Origin: an uncultured Eubacteriales bacterium
GTDB lineage: Bacteria; Bacillota; Clostridia; Oscillospirales; CAG-272
NCBI GenBank assembly: GCA_949747515.1
Contig: CATKFO010000051.1
Coordinates: 4,226-68,225, forward strand
DNA length: 64,000 nucleotides
Direction: 5' to 3'
A program made the position numbers and the translations under genes. Of the stretch, positions 61,813 through 64,000 are shown one piece after another; position 1 is the first letter of the stretch, and every line of letters begins with the position of its first letter. The notes beneath the pieces were generated by a model, which ran no database searches, had not been told where the DNA came from, and was given only the letters and a program-made list of their open reading frames with translations.

Positions 61813-62346
61813 ATGAAAAAATTATCGACCATAGCGCTTCTTCTTTTCACTTTTATTATGCTCGCGTCGCTTTCTTCCTGCGGCGAGGCTGATACGAGCG
61901 GCGTTCCCGACGGCATGAAGGAAGCGTCCACAAACGCCGCGACGTTTCATATGTTCGTCCCGGAAAGCTGGATCGTCGATATACAGACAGGTTCCGTTAG
62001 AGCGCACGCGTCGAATTCCGATCCGTCCAACGTGTCGGTAATGGCGTGGGGGCTGAACAAGGACGTAAAGACTGTAGACGATTGGTGGAACTTCAATCTT
62101 CAAGAAATGAACGGAGTGTTTCCCGGCGCCGACGAAGCGGAAATAGAAAATTCAACTCTCGGCGGCGTAGCGGCTAAAAAATATATCTTTGATTCCGAAT
62201 TCGGCGGACAGAAATATAAGTTTATGCAGATAGCCGCGGTAAAGGACAATTCTGTGTACGTCCTCACATATACCGCGGCGGACGATAAATTTGATTCAAA
62301 CCTGGAAGACGCTATGTCGATAGCTAAAGAGCTAAAATACAAATAA
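61813..62346 (+). CDS. lipoprotein, PsbP/DcrB-like fold
   Basis: Lipobox LSSC; VPESW, TLGGVAA, VYVLTYTA. Confidence 0.65.
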   Translation: MKKLSTIALLLFTFIMLASLSSCGEADTSGVPDGMKEASTNAATFHMFVPESWIVDIQTGSVRAHASNSDPSNVSVMAWGLNKDVKTVDDWWNFNLQEMNGVFPGADEAEIENSTLGGVAAKKYIFDSEFGGQKYKFMQIAAVKDNSVYVLTYTAADDKFDSNLEDAMSIAKELKYK

Positions 62347-62363
62347 TAAATCGCAGGTCAAAT

Positions 62364-63548
62364 ATGAAAATTCACTATCTTGACAATTCAGCCACGACGA
62401 AGCCCTCCGAGACCGCCTGCCGGGCGTTTTCGGAGGCTCTTGCGGTTTATGGCAATCCGTCGTCGGTACATTCTCTTGGAGCCGAGGCCGCGAGGCTTCT
62501 TGAAGCTTCACGAGAAAAGGTTGCTCTTGCCGTCGGAGTTCGTCGACTTGCCGGAGGAGCCCTTACGTTCACGTCGTCTGGAACCGAGGCGAACTGCCTT
62601 TGCCTGCTTGGCTTTGACGCGGCGAAAAACAGAGCGCGCGGAGGCGTTTTTCCCACTATTCTTATCAGCGACTCGGAGCACCCGTCTATCGCCGAGCCCG
62701 CGGCGCGTCTTGAGAAAAAGGGGTACTCCGTATTTAGAATACCTACATGCGGAGGCGTTCTAGACATGGGAGCTCTCTATTCGGCTCTTGCGGAAGCTCG
62801 GGGACGCGGCGGCGTAGCGCTCGCTTCGTTTATGCTGGTAAACAACGAAACCGGCGCTCTCTACGACGTAAAGGCCGCCTCAGCCGCAGTTCACGCCGCT
62901 TATCCGAACGCGCTGATACACTGCGACGCCGTGCAGGGATTTATGAAAACGAAATTTACCCCCGCTTCATTAGGCGTAGACGCTCTGACAGTCAGCGCTC
63001 ACAAAATTCACGCTCCAAGAGGGACGGGAGCGTTATATATTTCCCCGGAGATAATAAAACGCAGAGACCTGGCTCCTATTATTCCGGGAGGAGGTCAGGA
63101 GGGCCGCCTTCGCTCCGGAACGGAGAATCTATGCGCTATAGCGGCGTTTGCAGCGGCCGCTGAGGAATACCGCGAACGTTTCTCCGAGCGGTGCGAACGA
63201 ATATCTTTCCTCAGATCTATGCTTGAAGATCGTATTAGCCGAATTGAAGGGATAAAAATAAAAAAGCCGGCTCGATATGTTCCAGGAATCGTAAACATTA
63301 CTCTTCCGCGTATTAAGAGCGAAACCGCTCTCAATTTTCTTTCCGGAAAAGGAATTTGCGTTTCCGCCGGCTCCGCCTGCGCGGCCTCTGCAGGAAAAGT
63401 CAGTTCCGCGCTCCTTGCGTTCGGAGCGTCGAAGGAAGAGGCGGATTCTTCGGTTAGAATTAGCCTCGGCTATATGAACGACGAGGACGATATCGCCGCT
63501 CTTGCGGAGGCTCTATCCGAGGCTGTCGATTCTTTGCAAAGATTTTGA
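62364..63548 (+). CDS. cysteine desulfurase (IscS/NifS-like)
   Basis: YLDNSATT, GNPSS, TSSGTEAN, HCDAVQ, SAHK (PLP Lys), RSGTEN, SAGSAC. Confidence 0.93.
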   Translation: MKIHYLDNSATTKPSETACRAFSEALAVYGNPSSVHSLGAEAARLLEASREKVALAVGVRRLAGGALTFTSSGTEANCLCLLGFDAAKNRARGGVFPTILISDSEHPSIAEPAARLEKKGYSVFRIPTCGGVLDMGALYSALAEARGRGGVALASFMLVNNETGALYDVKAASAAVHAAYPNALIHCDAVQGFMKTKFTPASLGVDALTVSAHKIHAPRGTGALYISPEIIKRRDLAPIIPGGGQEGRLRSGTENLCAIAAFAAAAEEYRERFSERCERISFLRSMLEDRISRIEGIKIKKPARYVPGIVNITLPRIKSETALNFLSGKGICVSAGSACAASAGKVSSALLAFGASKEEADSSVRISLGYMNDEDDIAALAEALSEAVDSLQRF

Positions 63549-63645
63549 AAAAATTACCGCATCAGCCGTTTCACTATTGACACGGACGGCACAATTTGAT
63601 ATCATATTCATGTAAAAGGAATACAAAACCGAAAGGAAATTAATT

Positions 63646-64000
63646 ATGACTCTCGAACAAATTCTCGCCGATCTTAAGACCGACAGAGTAAAAAAAGTCA
63701 TTCTCGACTCCGATACCTATAACGAAATGGACGACCAGTTCGCCATTGCGTACGCTCTCGCCGCAGATAAGATCGATCTCATTGCTCTCAACGCCGCTCC
63801 GTTTGACAACGATCGCTGCAACGGCTTTGCAGACGGTATGGAAAAAAGCTACGAAGAGATACAGCGCGTGCTCAAGGTTACCAAAAAGGAAGGCGCGTGC
63901 CCTGTGTTCAAAGGATCTACCCAGCGCGTTTCGGACACTCCCGATTTCGGACCTGTAGACAGCCCCGCGGCGCGCAACATTATTAAAGAAGCCATGAACT
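63646..64000 (+). CDS. nucleoside hydrolase family protein (runs off window; absent from ORF track)
   Basis: Manual translation MTLEQILADLKTDRVKKVILDSDTYNEMDDQFAIAY...AAPF...GMEKSYEEI...PVFKG; DxDxxxxxDD motif; RBS GAAAGGA. Confidence 0.85.
   Translation, partial: MTLEQILADLKTDRVKKVILDSDTYNEMDDQFAIAYALAADKIDLIALNAAPFDNDRCNGFADGMEKSYEEIQRVLKVTKKEGACPVFKGSTQRVSDTPDFGPVDSPAARNIIKEAMN

Overview
Chromosomal window from a moderate-GC Clostridia-like Firmicute. It carries mostly housekeeping genes (valS with a T-box leader, addA, gpsA, rny, mreCD, tcdA, a TtcA-family gene, mnmA, mnmG, azlCD, a cysteine desulfurase) and four tRNAs (Ser-TGA, Leu-TAA, fMet-CAT, Ser-GGA). The most striking accessory element lies between two convergent tRNAs. 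A Hin-like serine invertase (29910-30527) is followed by two inverted hix-like 26-bp sites that bracket a ~127-bp segment holding a sigma-A promoter, which currently points away from two secreted Cys/His-repeat proteins. One protein has cohesin plus dockerin and the other cohesin plus SLH, suggesting a phase-variable, non-cellulosomal cohesin-dockerin surface assembly. Other notable loci are an AraC-linked glycyl radical enzyme/activase/Zn-ADH operon of unknown substrate, a preQ1-I riboswitch with an inserted hairpin before a QueL-like radical SAM gene and yhhQ, a head-to-head junction of truncated pyrE and NUDIX genes, an NYN-domain protein, a degenerate M23 protein and a ~120-bp dispersed intergenic repeat. 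All family calls come from motif recognition by eye; no database searches were run.
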